A DNA stretch of 64,000 nt from an uncultured Mycoplasma sp. (lineage in GTDB: Bacteria > Bacillota_I > Bacilli_A > RF39 > UBA660). The translations under genes were made by a program, and so were the position numbers. Positions 28,829 through 37,938 of the stretch are shown here, one piece after another. The stretch is taken from assembly GCA_945947035.1 (NCBI GenBank), contig CAMEXD010000003.1, forward strand, positions 19,760-83,759, written 5' to 3'. The notes under the pieces are model-generated. The model saw nothing but the letters and a program-made list of their open reading frames with translations. It searched no databases and was not told where the DNA came from. The first letter of the stretch is position 1, and every line of letters starts with the position of its first letter.

Positions 28829-29613
28829 ATCTCCTCCATTATTTTTCCATTTAATATAATATCAGTATTTGATAAACTAAATTTGTCGTTTGATATTCCT
28901 ATTAAATAATTATATTTAAATCCAACGTTTTCAATAAATATCTTAGGAATAATAAAACAATCTAATAAACCATCATTATTTAATGATTTATAAGGAACTA
29001 AAACTTTTTTACAACTAGAAAAATCAATATCAATATCTTTATTTAAAATAGAAATAGGTTTATTAAGATAAGGATCACATAAAGTATTACCTGAGTCTAA
29101 AAATCCATTTAAAATATATTCTTTATCATTTAGATAAATTACAACTTTATAATTTGAATTAATGTGTTTTTTTAACTTCTTTATCTGTTTTTCATAAATT
29201 GCAATTACTAAAATAGCAATAAGTATTAAAATAAGCATATTTAAACCATCATTATTTTTTATAAATACCATGCCAATATGTTCATACCCAACTTCAATAT
29301 TTAACATATATAAAAAACCACCAATTAGAATACTAAGAATCATTAAATATAAAAAATTATTTAAAGTATATTTTATATCTTTATAAGAAAATGTCATTAT
29401 TAACATTAAAAGGCCAAATAATATTTTTAAAAAAGTAAATAGTAAATTTGGCATACTTATAAATAAAATAAAAATAGAAAAAGCTCCAAAAATACTACCA
29501 ATTAATATTTTAAAAAACTTTACATTTCTTTTTAAAATAATATTTATTCCAAGTAAAATAATAAAATCAAAGATTAAATTTATAAAAAATATATAATCTA
29601 AATATACCTTCAT
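28825..29613 (-). CDS. spoIIGA: Sigma-E processing peptidase SpoIIGA
   Basis: MKVYLDYIFFINLIFDFIILLG, five TM segments, and the aspartic protease motif FLDSGNTL. Confidence 0.9.
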   Translation of the reverse strand: MKVYLDYIFFINLIFDFIILLGINIILKRNVKFFKILIGSIFGAFSIFILFISMPNLLFTFLKILFGLLMLIMTFSYKDIKYTLNNFLYLMILSILIGGFLYMLNIEVGYEHIGMVFIKNNDGLNMLILILIAILVIAIYEKQIKKLKKHINSNYKVVIYLNDKEYILNGFLDSGNTLCDPYLNKPISILNKDIDIDFSSCKKVLVPYKSLNNDGLLDCFIIPKIFIENVGFKYNYLIGISNDKFSLSNTDIILNGKIMEEI

Positions 29614-29628
29614 GCTATCACCATATTA

Positions 29629-29671
29629 AGTATAATTTATGGAATATAAAAAAAATGTCAAAAGACATTTT
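29629..29671 (-). promoter_or_regulatory. Possible spoIIG-type promoter: TTGACA-N21-TATACT with a TGTC-containing palindrome (hairpin 29652..29671)
   Basis: Minus strand reads AAAATGTCTTTTGACATTTTTTTTATATTCCATAAATTATACTTAATATGGTGATAGCATG. The leader would be very short, so the call is tentative. Confidence 0.3.
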
Positions 29672-29766
29672 ATTACATAGATTTTAATTTATAAACTATG
29701 ATTATTGCTATTTATAAATATATCACACACACATGTCAAGTATTTTTTATTTAGACATCAAAAAAT

Positions 29767-29804
29767 CCCAAATCAAATTGAATATATATTCAATTTGATT
29801 TGGG
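29767..29804 (-). terminator. Strong terminator downstream of family gene C
   Basis: Perfect 38-nt palindrome CCCAAATCAAATTGAATATATATTCAATTTGATTTGGG, followed on the minus strand by ATTTTTTGA. A second hairpin lies at 29836..29875. Confidence 0.8.
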
Positions 29805-29976
29805 TTACTATCTATACTTTATTTTCGTAAACATCTTTTTCGATATTTCAAAATCCTGTTTGAAATATCGAAAAGTTCTTTTCTATATATTTTAATTACA
29901 TTAATTATTGTTTTTATCATCTTCGTTCATTGTGGGACTTTTAGGACTTTAACTAATTGTTAAATAAATTTAACAA

Positions 29977-31437
29977 TTAGTTAATTGTGACTGAAAGACG
30001 AGAACCATAATTCGTAGCGCTGTTGCCATTGCTGCTGCTGAAGTAGAAAACACCCGCACCGCCAGCATTACCACAGTAGCCTCCACGAAGGAACCACGGA
30101 AAGTTAGAAGTAACGAAGGACGCGGAATCGCCATACCATTTTTTCGTCTCCGTTAACGCATGTTGTAATCCTGCATTTGTATAATCACTTTGTGTTGTAT
30201 ATACATTATAATATTTTGTATTTGGTAATGTTGTAAATTGAGAACCACCTGCTGTATTATTGTAATTACCCATTACGTATTCATATGCTCCACCACTCAT
30301 GTCATATACACCATAGATATTTCCTGTTGTTGAGGCATCCATTCCTAAACTTGTATTATATGCTCCATTTGTTACAGTAGATGCACTTCCAGCAGGTGCT
30401 CCATATCCTGTTATATAACTTGAATTATTATTTATTCCTACTTCACTGCAACTTGTTGATGAACTACATCTACCATAGATACTTTGTGTTAGGTATGCTA
30501 CTGCACCCCATTCATTATTTTTTAACATATGGGTATCTAGGGTTGTATCAATTGTTTTATCAAATCCATATTGGTTTCCACTATCAGCCATTTTTTGAAT
30601 ATCACCAAAGAATGTTGATACACTTGCTCCTCTCCAAATTGTTGCATTTGGTAATACTTTTGGTCTTATTGATGTTAGATTGCATCCTGCTCCTACGTCA
30701 GAACTACTTGCTGGTTCACATGATACATTACTTGAATTTTCAAATTTTCCTATCCAAAATCCTGATACTGTTCCTCCAAAATCAAATGCATCATTGGCTG
30801 TTGTATCTTTATTTACAAATGTTATATTAAATGCTCCTGGTGCAGCTTGTGTTCCCCCATTATAATTTGCAGTATCTCCAGTTGCACTAAATCTTGGTAT
30901 CCATACTAACATTGTGTTTATTACTTCCATTGGTATTATTGTGCCTACTTCTGAATTTACATAATCTTCTCTTGTACATGTACCATCACATGATTTTATC
31001 GTTCCATCATTTAAAGTTATTTCTGTTGTTGTATTACTATCACTTACTGTTACTGCATTAGCCCATACTTTATCACTATAGCTATACCATTTATATCCTT
31101 TTTTAGTATTATTTACATCTGCTTTTCGCCATACTTCTCTTTCACTATCATAACATACTGGTATCATATTAGTTGGTAATGAATTTTTAGGATTATTGGC
31201 ATTACTTGTATCTTGGCTAATTGTATCACAATAATATGGTGGATTATATACTATTCTTATACTACCACTTGACTCTGTTTCATAACTAAATAATGCATAT
31301 GAAGTTAGTCCTACACATGATAGTATGACAAGTATTATCGTTATTAATAAATATTTATTAATTGCTTTTACATCGGTTAAGAGGAAGTTCTTTAATTTTT
31401 TAACTTGCCCCCCCCCATATCGAATTTTGGTTTGCAT
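29977..31437 (-). CDS. Family member C: same leader/signal as A and B, fused to a different (FGE-sulfatase/C-type-lectin-fold-like) extracellular domain. The G9 tract is in frame.
   Basis: MQTKIRYGGGQVKKLKNFLLTDVKAINKYLLITIILVILSCVGLTSYALFSYE, then unrelated sequence with GFWIGKFE, NNEWGAVAYL, GVYDMSGGAYEYVMGNY and FLRGGY...GSRLSV. The track's MEVEK extension overlaps the RBS GGAGGT. Confidence 0.8.
   Translation of the reverse strand: MQTKIRYGGGQVKKLKNFLLTDVKAINKYLLITIILVILSCVGLTSYALFSYETESSGSIRIVYNPPYYCDTISQDTSNANNPKNSLPTNMIPVCYDSEREVWRKADVNNTKKGYKWYSYSDKVWANAVTVSDSNTTTEITLNDGTIKSCDGTCTREDYVNSEVGTIIPMEVINTMLVWIPRFSATGDTANYNGGTQAAPGAFNITFVNKDTTANDAFDFGGTVSGFWIGKFENSSNVSCEPASSSDVGAGCNLTSIRPKVLPNATIWRGASVSTFFGDIQKMADSGNQYGFDKTIDTTLDTHMLKNNEWGAVAYLTQSIYGRCSSSTSCSEVGINNNSSYITGYGAPAGSASTVTNGAYNTSLGMDASTTGNIYGVYDMSGGAYEYVMGNYNNTAGGSQFTTLPNTKYYNVYTTQSDYTNAGLQHALTETKKWYGDSASFVTSNFPWFLRGGYCGNAGGAGVFYFSSSNGNSATNYGSRLSVTIN
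31408..31416 (-). repeat. Homopolymeric G9 (C9 on plus strand) tract in the 5' end of gene C
   Basis: Counted directly: cttg-ccccccccc-atatcg. Confidence 0.95.
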
Positions 31438-31501
31438 TTTTTCTACCTCCATTTTTTTAACACAAAAAAATGTGTTATATTCTTATGAATTAATTCTAAC
31501 A
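31438..31501 (-). promoter_or_regulatory. Shared 5' cassette of gene C: TGTTAGAAT extended -10 (31493..31501), AACACA-N6-TGTGTT palindrome (31459..31476), GGAGGT RBS
   Basis: About 90% identical to the A and B upstream leaders. Similarity stops at about 31500. Confidence 0.5.
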
Positions 31502-31559
31502 CATTTTTATTATTTGTGTCTATCATTTATCTTTAATTTTGGTGATTTTAAGTTTATTT

Positions 31560-32900
31560 TTAAATTTCATTTACTAATTTTTTAAATTCATCGCCACGTT
31601 CTTCACATCTATTATATTGATCCCATGAAGCACTCGCAGGACTAAGTAAGACTACATCATTTTTTTTCATTATTTCTTTTATTTTAGGAAAACTTTCTTT
31701 TAATGTTTCAAAAATATAAGTATCAATTTTATTATTTTTTCCAAATTCTTCTACTCTTTTTCTAGTTTCACCAATACCTATTATAGCTTTAACATTTTTC
31801 ATAAATGGTTTTAGTTCTTCAAAATCTTGACCTCTTTCATATCCACCAAGTATTATAATTGTAGGTTCGTTAAATGCATTTAAAGCAATCTGAGTACATT
31901 TTATATTAGTTGCTTCTGTATCATTGTAAAACAAAACACCATCTTTTTCTCTTACAAATTCTAATCTATGTTCAACTCCATTAAAGTTTTCTAAAACATC
32001 TATTATACTTTTTGTACTACAATCAAAACATTTTACTGCAGTAATTGCTGCCATTATATTTTCATAATTATGTATTCCTCTAAGTTTTACATCTTTAACA
32101 TCAATTATTTTTTCATCTTCATAAAATATAGCATCATTTTCTAAATAACAATTAGCTTTTTCTTTACTAGAAAACCATTTTTTTATTGATTTTGCATTTT
32201 CACTAAATTTAACTATTTCAGGATCATTTAAATTTAAAATACAAATATCATTATTTTGTTGATTAATTAATATTTTGCTTTTTAAATACTTATAGTAATC
32301 ATAGGTTTTAAAAAACTCTAAATGAGCTTCACTTATATTAGTGATAACTGCAACATCAGGATTAAATTTATGTAAATTTTCTAATTGTTGACTTGATACT
32401 TCCATGACAATAATATCATTTTCTTTTAGCTTTTCTAAAATACTGCATAAAGGATATCCGATATTACCTGCTAAAAGAACAGGTTTTTGATTTTTTTTTA
32501 GCATTTGATAAATTAAGGTTGTTGTTGTTGTTTTACCATTTGTTCCAGTTATTCCAATAATTTTAATATTCTTATCTTTAGGAATAAGTGAATATGCAAG
32601 TTCAACTTCATTAATAACATCAATATTAAGTTCTTTTGCTTTTAAAACATATTTATGATCAATTGGAACACCTGGATTTTTTATAAGATGAGAAAAACTA
32701 TTATCTAATAAATCATCTGGATGACTTCCTAAAACAAACTCTACTCCTAAAGCTTTTAATTCATCATATTTTTCATTATCAATTTTATCAATTGTTTTAC
32801 TATCATTTATTATTACTTCGCAATTTCTTTTTATTAAAACTTTAGCAGCCTCATAACCACTTTTTGCAAATCCTAAAATTAATACTTTTTTATAATCCAT
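31560..32900 (-). CDS. murD: UDP-N-acetylmuramoyl-L-alanine--D-glutamate ligase
   Basis: ILGFAKSGYEAAKVL and GITGTNGKTTTTTL; Mur ligase domains. Confidence 0.93.
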   Translation of the reverse strand: MDYKKVLILGFAKSGYEAAKVLIKRNCEVIINDSKTIDKIDNEKYDELKALGVEFVLGSHPDDLLDNSFSHLIKNPGVPIDHKYVLKAKELNIDVINEVELAYSLIPKDKNIKIIGITGTNGKTTTTTLIYQMLKKNQKPVLLAGNIGYPLCSILEKLKENDIIVMEVSSQQLENLHKFNPDVAVITNISEAHLEFFKTYDYYKYLKSKILINQQNNDICILNLNDPEIVKFSENAKSIKKWFSSKEKANCYLENDAIFYEDEKIIDVKDVKLRGIHNYENIMAAITAVKCFDCSTKSIIDVLENFNGVEHRLEFVREKDGVLFYNDTEATNIKCTQIALNAFNEPTIIILGGYERGQDFEELKPFMKNVKAIIGIGETRKRVEEFGKNNKIDTYIFETLKESFPKIKEIMKKNDVVLLSPASASWDQYNRCEERGDEFKKLVNEI

Positions 32901-32939
32901 AAAAATCCCTCTTTCAAAATTATTTTATCACGTTATTTA

Positions 32940-33650
32940 TCAAGTATCAATATTAGCCTTTCTTGCTTGATTTAACTGATACTTTCTTTCAACATTATAA
33001 ATCTTACCATTTTTTTTGAAGTTTGCTCCAGTTTGCTTAAAATGAAACTTAACATTATATTTTATGCAACAAGATCTAATATTTAAAACCCAATTATAAT
33101 CACAAATTCTAGCATTTGGTCCACTTTCTCCTCCCACAGTTACTTTTTCTATTGTAGAATCTAAATATTTTGATAAATCAATAGATGATAAAAGTGGTTC
33201 ACAAATTATTTCTTTGTGTTTTATGTTAAGATTTTTAAAAATTGGAAGTCTATATTCTGCCATTTTTTGATTTTCTGTTGTACAGCATATTATTACATTA
33301 GAAAAATTTATAAAATCATCAGGCAAATTAACATTAAATCTATCAATTCTTTTTGTTATTATATAAAATGTACAATCATTTCTTGTTCTAATAATATCCC
33401 AAGCTTTAATTCTAAATAAATCAGCATCAGGAAGAAAAAAATCAGAGGTTAAACAGGTATAGATAAAAGAACCACTTGGTATTTTGTAATCACCTTTTTT
33501 GTTTTTTCTTATTGGTAAATCAAAATCTTTATTTATAGTAACAACACTACTATCTTTTAAAAAAGATGAATCTCTTCTATAAACATAACAATTTAAACAT
33601 CCTGCACTTATTTTATGACAACCATGCCAAGGATTCCAAATATATTCCAT
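32940..33650 (-). CDS. DUF5131 / phage Gp37-Gp68 family protein
   Basis: N-terminal WNPWHGCHKISAGCLNCY three-Cys signature. Confidence 0.75.
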   Translation of the reverse strand: MEYIWNPWHGCHKISAGCLNCYVYRRDSSFLKDSSVVTINKDFDLPIRKNKKGDYKIPSGSFIYTCLTSDFFLPDADLFRIKAWDIIRTRNDCTFYIITKRIDRFNVNLPDDFINFSNVIICCTTENQKMAEYRLPIFKNLNIKHKEIICEPLLSSIDLSKYLDSTIEKVTVGGESGPNARICDYNWVLNIRSCCIKYNVKFHFKQTGANFKKNGKIYNVERKYQLNQARKANIDT

Positions 33651-33662
33651 ATTTTACCTCTT

Positions 33663-34346
33663 TTATAATTTATTTATTACTATTTCTATATTTTTACTAT
33701 TATCATTTGCTTTATTTAATGAATAATTTTCATATAATTTATAATTTAATTTATTTTTTTCTAGAATTTGTTTTATTTTTTCTATTTCATAAATAATAAA
33801 TTCATGTGTATCGTTATATTCATTATTATCTATTATATATTTAATGTCTGTGTGTTCCTTAAATTGTTTTTCATCAAAAGTCCATTTCATAATTCTTTTA
33901 TAATCCTTAAATGAAATAGTCTTTTCACCATCGCATCTACCATTATGTAAATCAATGATAAGAATACCATTATCATTAAGATTTTTATACCATTTTATTA
34001 TTCCCTTTTCAAACTCTTCATAATTATTTAAATGATTGAAAACTGCAAACATAGATATAATAACACCATATTTTTTATCTATTTCATAGTTAAGCAAATC
34101 ACCTTGAAAAAGTTTTCCTTTAGTTCTAGTTTTTGCTATATCAAGCATATTATCACTTAAATCTAAACCATCAACTTGATAACCTCTTTCTTCAAGTAAG
34201 TGCATATGAATTCCAGTTCCACATCCAACATCTATTATTGTTTTTCTATCTTTAATTAAATTGATTAAAAAATCTATTTCTTGTTCATAAGACTTATTAC
34301 TATAGAATAAATCATAATATTTTGCCATATCTTTATATTCATACAT
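33663..34346 (-). CDS. Class I SAM-dependent methyltransferase
   Basis: YYDLFY...IIDVGCGTGIHMHLL...GLDLSDNML. Resembles small-molecule (TylM1-like) methyltransferases. Confidence 0.8.
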   Translation of the reverse strand: MYEYKDMAKYYDLFYSNKSYEQEIDFLINLIKDRKTIIDVGCGTGIHMHLLEERGYQVDGLDLSDNMLDIAKTRTKGKLFQGDLLNYEIDKKYGVIISMFAVFNHLNNYEEFEKGIIKWYKNLNDNGILIIDLHNGRCDGEKTISFKDYKRIMKWTFDEKQFKEHTDIKYIIDNNEYNDTHEFIIYEIEKIKQILEKNKLNYKLYENYSLNKANDNSKNIEIVINKL

Positions 34347-34642
34347 ATTATCTTTTCTCCTTATATATATTTATTAATTATTTTATATCTATGTATTTTT
34401 TTTTATAATAAAAAATATCTTTCCCCAAAAATAAACAATACCATGCTAGTATCTATTACAAAACCTTAGTTAAATCTTTATCAAGTGCATCTTCTTCAAA
34501 TATATTCTTTAAATGTAAGCTTATATTATAAGAACTACAATCAAACACTTTTTACATACTCTTTTATGTTAGCTATATCATTTTATCTTTTAAGATAATA
34601 TCAACATCAATTATATCTTCATTTGCTTTCATTCATAAATTT

Positions 34643-35848
34643 TTATTTTTCAAGGTTTTTTCGATATAATAATGAAACACATTCAACATCATTTGTTCTT
34701 GGAAACATATTAAATGGTGTTATTTCAATAATTTTGTACTTATCTTCTAAAGATAATAAATCTTTTTTTAATGTTTTTGGATTACACGATACGTAAATTA
34801 ATTTTTCTGTTTTAATATTCTTTAAATTATCAATAACATCTTTACTTAAACCACTTCTTGGTGGATCAACTATTACACAAGAAAAACTTTTATTTTTTAT
34901 GATTTTAGCGTCACCACAAATAAATTCAATATTTTCTATGTTGTTTATCTTTTTATTTTCATTGGCATTAGAAATTGCTTCTTTTACAACTTCTACTCCT
35001 AAAACATTTTTAAAATTGTCTTTTAAAAACATACCAATTGTACCAGTACCACAATATAAATCAAGCAGTTTATCTCCACTTCCTGCATATTCTTTTATTT
35101 TTTCGTATAATTTTTCCATACATAATGTATTTACTTGAAAAAATGAATTATTACCAATTATATATTCTAAATTATCTATTTTTTCTTTGATGTTTTTATT
35201 ATATTTTATAAGTTTATCATTTAAATAAATTGATTTTATATTATAATTATTTAATTTTTCTAAATCAGAATTATTAATATCACCATAAAATGAAATAAGA
35301 ATTTCTTTTGTATAAAAAGTTTCTCTTATCATTATTTTAGTTATTTTTTCCAAATCAAATTTTTTTAGCGTATTAATTAAGTTATTCATTGTATCACTTA
35401 TAAGTAAACATTTATCTATTTCTACTAAAGAATTTGTATCATTTAAATAAAAACCAAGTTTTTTGTTTTCTACATGAACTACAACTTTATTTCTATAATT
35501 ATAACAATTTACAGATTCTATTTTATTAACTTTATAGCTATTAAATAAGCTATTTAAATAATCTTGTTTTTTATCAAGTTCCTCTTTTTCTTCTAAATGC
35601 AAATAATTGCAACCACCACAATCATAAAAATAAGGACATTTTATTTTTTTTCTTTTTGGACTTGAATTTTCTACTGAAACAAGTTTTCCAATTGCAAAAT
35701 GTTTTTCTTTTTTTATTATTTTTATCTTACCTTTTTCATTTAAAAATGCCCCTTTAATAAAAATAACAAAATTATCTATTTTAGCTATTCCATTACCATA
35801 ATTATCTTCATCTATTATTAGGCAATCTAAATAATCATTCATGTTCAT
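34643..35848 (-). CDS. 23S rRNA (uracil-C5)-methyltransferase, RlmD/RumA family
   Basis: TRAM-like N-terminus, Fe-S Cys cluster CPYFYDCGGCNYLH, LDLYCGTGTIG, and C-terminal VSCNP. Start at MNMNDY after GGAGGA. Confidence 0.85.
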   Translation of the reverse strand: MNMNDYLDCLIIDEDNYGNGIAKIDNFVIFIKGAFLNEKGKIKIIKKEKHFAIGKLVSVENSSPKRKKIKCPYFYDCGGCNYLHLEEKEELDKKQDYLNSLFNSYKVNKIESVNCYNYRNKVVVHVENKKLGFYLNDTNSLVEIDKCLLISDTMNNLINTLKKFDLEKITKIMIRETFYTKEILISFYGDINNSDLEKLNNYNIKSIYLNDKLIKYNKNIKEKIDNLEYIIGNNSFFQVNTLCMEKLYEKIKEYAGSGDKLLDLYCGTGTIGMFLKDNFKNVLGVEVVKEAISNANENKKINNIENIEFICGDAKIIKNKSFSCVIVDPPRSGLSKDVIDNLKNIKTEKLIYVSCNPKTLKKDLLSLEDKYKIIEITPFNMFPRTNDVECVSLLYRKNLEK

Positions 35849-35919
35849 AAATATTCCTCCGAAAAATAGCAATAATATTATATAACCAAATATCTGTTTA
35901 TTCAAAAAAAGAAGGTCAA

Positions 35920-36192
35920 CTAACCTTCAATACCCTCTTTTTCAATTTGTTCTCTCAATCTTTTTTCAAATCTAGGAAGTAATTCCTGTAATATATTAGG
36001 ATCAATTACCTTTTGTAATGTTCCATCACTATAATCCACCATCATTACTTTATAAGTTTCTGTTGGTTCTAAATCATCACCTTGAACTACGTTCACAAAT
36101 ACATATTCATTATTTCTATGTTCTATAGCATCAAGTACCATTACTTTTTCATTATCTTCAAATTCAATTAAATCATTTTGTCTAAATGTCAC
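35920..36192 (-). CDS. DUF1292 domain protein
   Basis: 90 aa, acidic, with the pattern FEDNEKVMVLDAIEHRNNEYVFV. Confidence 0.7.
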   Translation of the reverse strand: MTFRQNDLIEFEDNEKVMVLDAIEHRNNEYVFVNVVQGDDLEPTETYKVMMVDYSDGTLQKVIDPNILQELLPRFEKRLREQIEKEGIEG

Positions 36193-36221
36193 ACTAAAGA
36201 CTCCTTTCTTTTATCCTTTTA

Positions 36222-37193
36222 TTATTTACCTTTTCCTAAAGTTGATTTATAAGCAACATATGCACTTGCCGCTTCTCCTGCTGTTGCTGCAAGTGCTGCA
36301 ACAGCTCCTCCTGCCATCAATGATATTGCTATTGCTCCTGCTGCAAGTGCTATAGCAGTTGGATGACTTTTAACCCAACCAGCAATATTTTTTATTAGTT
36401 TAGGTCTTTTTTTCATTAAATTTTCGGCTTCATTTTTTACATCAATTGCACCATTTTTAATTGCATTAGCAGCATTTTCAAGTTTATTATTACTTTTAGT
36501 AGGTTCTGAATCTTTAATTTCTTCTTTTTTTTCTTCTACTTCTGGTTCTTCTTTTTTTTCTTTATTTTCTATTGAAACAACCTGTTCATTAGGATCAACA
36601 ACTGGAGCCAAATCATCAAATTGTTTGTAAACATTTTCACGTTGTTCTTCACTTATTTCATCTTTATTTTCTGCTTCTTCTTTTCTTCTTTTAGACTTAT
36701 CAAAAATTATTTCTTTTTGATAGTTAAATTCTTCTATTTCAGCAAGTTTTTCAGCTTTATCTTTTTGAAGAGTTTCTTTTTCTTTATTAAGTGCAGCTAC
36801 TGCTTCTTGACTAACCCCTAACACTATTAATCTATTAATTTCTTCATCTAAAGTAGTAATCCTGCCATCAATAACTGAAATTTCACTATTAACATTATTT
36901 ATATTAGTAATAATTTCAAAATTTTTATTAACTAAAGCATCTCTTTCTTTTACAAGTTCAAGTTGTCTATCAAAAATCAAATCATACTTAGCTTGCTCTT
37001 TTTTTGCTAATCTGATTTTTTTATTAACTTCCTTCATAGCTTTTTCTCTTGATTCTAAATCAAGAAAAACATCATTGTTTTCTTTCAAACTTGTATTGTC
37101 AATTTCAGCCATAAGATTATTAATATTTTTTAATATTGCCTGTCTTTCATTTTCCAATTCATTAAGTCTTCCTAATACATCATTTAAATCCAT
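36222..37193 (-). CDS. Hypothetical coiled-coil protein with a C-terminal Ala/Gly-rich membrane anchor
   Basis: Long heptad-like Glu/Lys/Asn-rich region. C-terminus HPTAIALAAGAIAISLMAGGAVAALAATAG. Confidence 0.6.
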   Translation of the reverse strand: MDLNDVLGRLNELENERQAILKNINNLMAEIDNTSLKENNDVFLDLESREKAMKEVNKKIRLAKKEQAKYDLIFDRQLELVKERDALVNKNFEIITNINNVNSEISVIDGRITTLDEEINRLIVLGVSQEAVAALNKEKETLQKDKAEKLAEIEEFNYQKEIIFDKSKRRKEEAENKDEISEEQRENVYKQFDDLAPVVDPNEQVVSIENKEKKEEPEVEEKKEEIKDSEPTKSNNKLENAANAIKNGAIDVKNEAENLMKKRPKLIKNIAGWVKSHPTAIALAAGAIAISLMAGGAVAALAATAGEAASAYVAYKSTLGKGK

Positions 37194-37388
37194 TTCTACA
37201 TCCACTTGGAATCACTCCTTTTTCGCTTTTTATTATAAATCATAGAAAGTATAATGTCAAACACATTCAAACTATCAATATAATGATACCATAAAAATTA
37301 ATATTTGTAAAAGTAAAATACATTTTTTTTAATATTTTTATGACATTTATAAAAAATATGGTAAAATGTAGTTAAGGAGATGTAGTTT

Positions 37389-37766
37389 ATGAAAGAAGAA
37401 TTTAAAAAATTTATTGCTCGTGGTAATGTAATGGATTTAGCTGTTGGTGTTATTATGGGTGGTGCCTTTGGCAAAATTGTTTCATCTTTAGTTGAAGATA
37501 TTCTAATGCCTTTAATTGGAATAGTAAGTGGTGGTATTGACTTTTCTAATCTTAGTTTGACTCTTGGAGATGCAAACATAAAATATGGTTTATTTATCCA
37601 AAATATAATTGATTTTTTAATTATTTCATTTTGTATCTTTATTATGATTAAATTTATAAATAAAATTACTCATAAAAAAGAAGAAAAACCTGTTCCACCA
37701 AAGAAAAGTGATGAAGTTTTATTACTTGAAGAAATTAGAGATTTATTAAAAAAAGATGAAAAATAA
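37389..37766 (+). CDS. mscL: Large-conductance mechanosensitive channel MscL
   Basis: [40 protein letters not shown]. Confidence 0.95.
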   Translation: MKEEFKKFIARGNVMDLAVGVIMGGAFGKIVSSLVEDILMPLIGIVSGGIDFSNLSLTLGDANIKYGLFIQNIIDFLIISFCIFIMIKFINKITHKKEEKPVPPKKSDEVLLLEEIRDLLKKDEK

Positions 37767-37857
37767 CAAAAAATTATTTTTATATGAAAGGAGGACAAAG
37801 TCTAATTTTTAATAATTCGTTAATAAATTATATATTAACAAATTTTACCACAGGATA

Positions 37858-37886
37858 TTGACAAAAACTACCAATTAATATATGAT
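37858..37886 (+). promoter_or_regulatory. Near-consensus sigma-A promoter for the abi gene
   Basis: TTGACA (37858-63), a 17-nt spacer, then TATGAT (37881-86). Confidence 0.6.
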
Positions 37887-37897
37887 TGATTTATATG

Positions 37898-37928
37898 TGA
37901 TCTTCGGTATCCCGTGTGGACCGAAGAC
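37898..37928 (+). repeat. Left copy of a 31-bp structured inverted repeat (hairpin in the abi 5' UTR)
   Basis: TGATCTTCGGTATCCCGTGTGGACCGAAGAC. A 7-bp stem TCTTCGG/CCGAAGA with a 13-nt loop, followed by CTTTTTAATTT and then the ATG. Confidence 0.9.
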
Positions 37929-37938
37929 TTTTTAATTT

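Noticed and set aside
34347-34642. Short minus-strand frames (for example MKANEDIIDVDIILKDKMI) upstream of the methyltransferase gene
   Set aside because: They are too short and broken to call. They may be remnants of a decayed gene but cannot be supported from sequence alone.
37298-37579. 93-aa minus-strand ORF
   Set aside because: It is antisense to the unambiguous mscL gene.
37848-37865. ACAGGATATTGAC left of abi resembles ACAGGATTTGAAC in the tRNA-Pro T-arm, considered as a possible att-site duplication
   Set aside because: Only about 11 matching bases with an indel, and the segment coincides with the -35 box. This is not distinguishable from chance.
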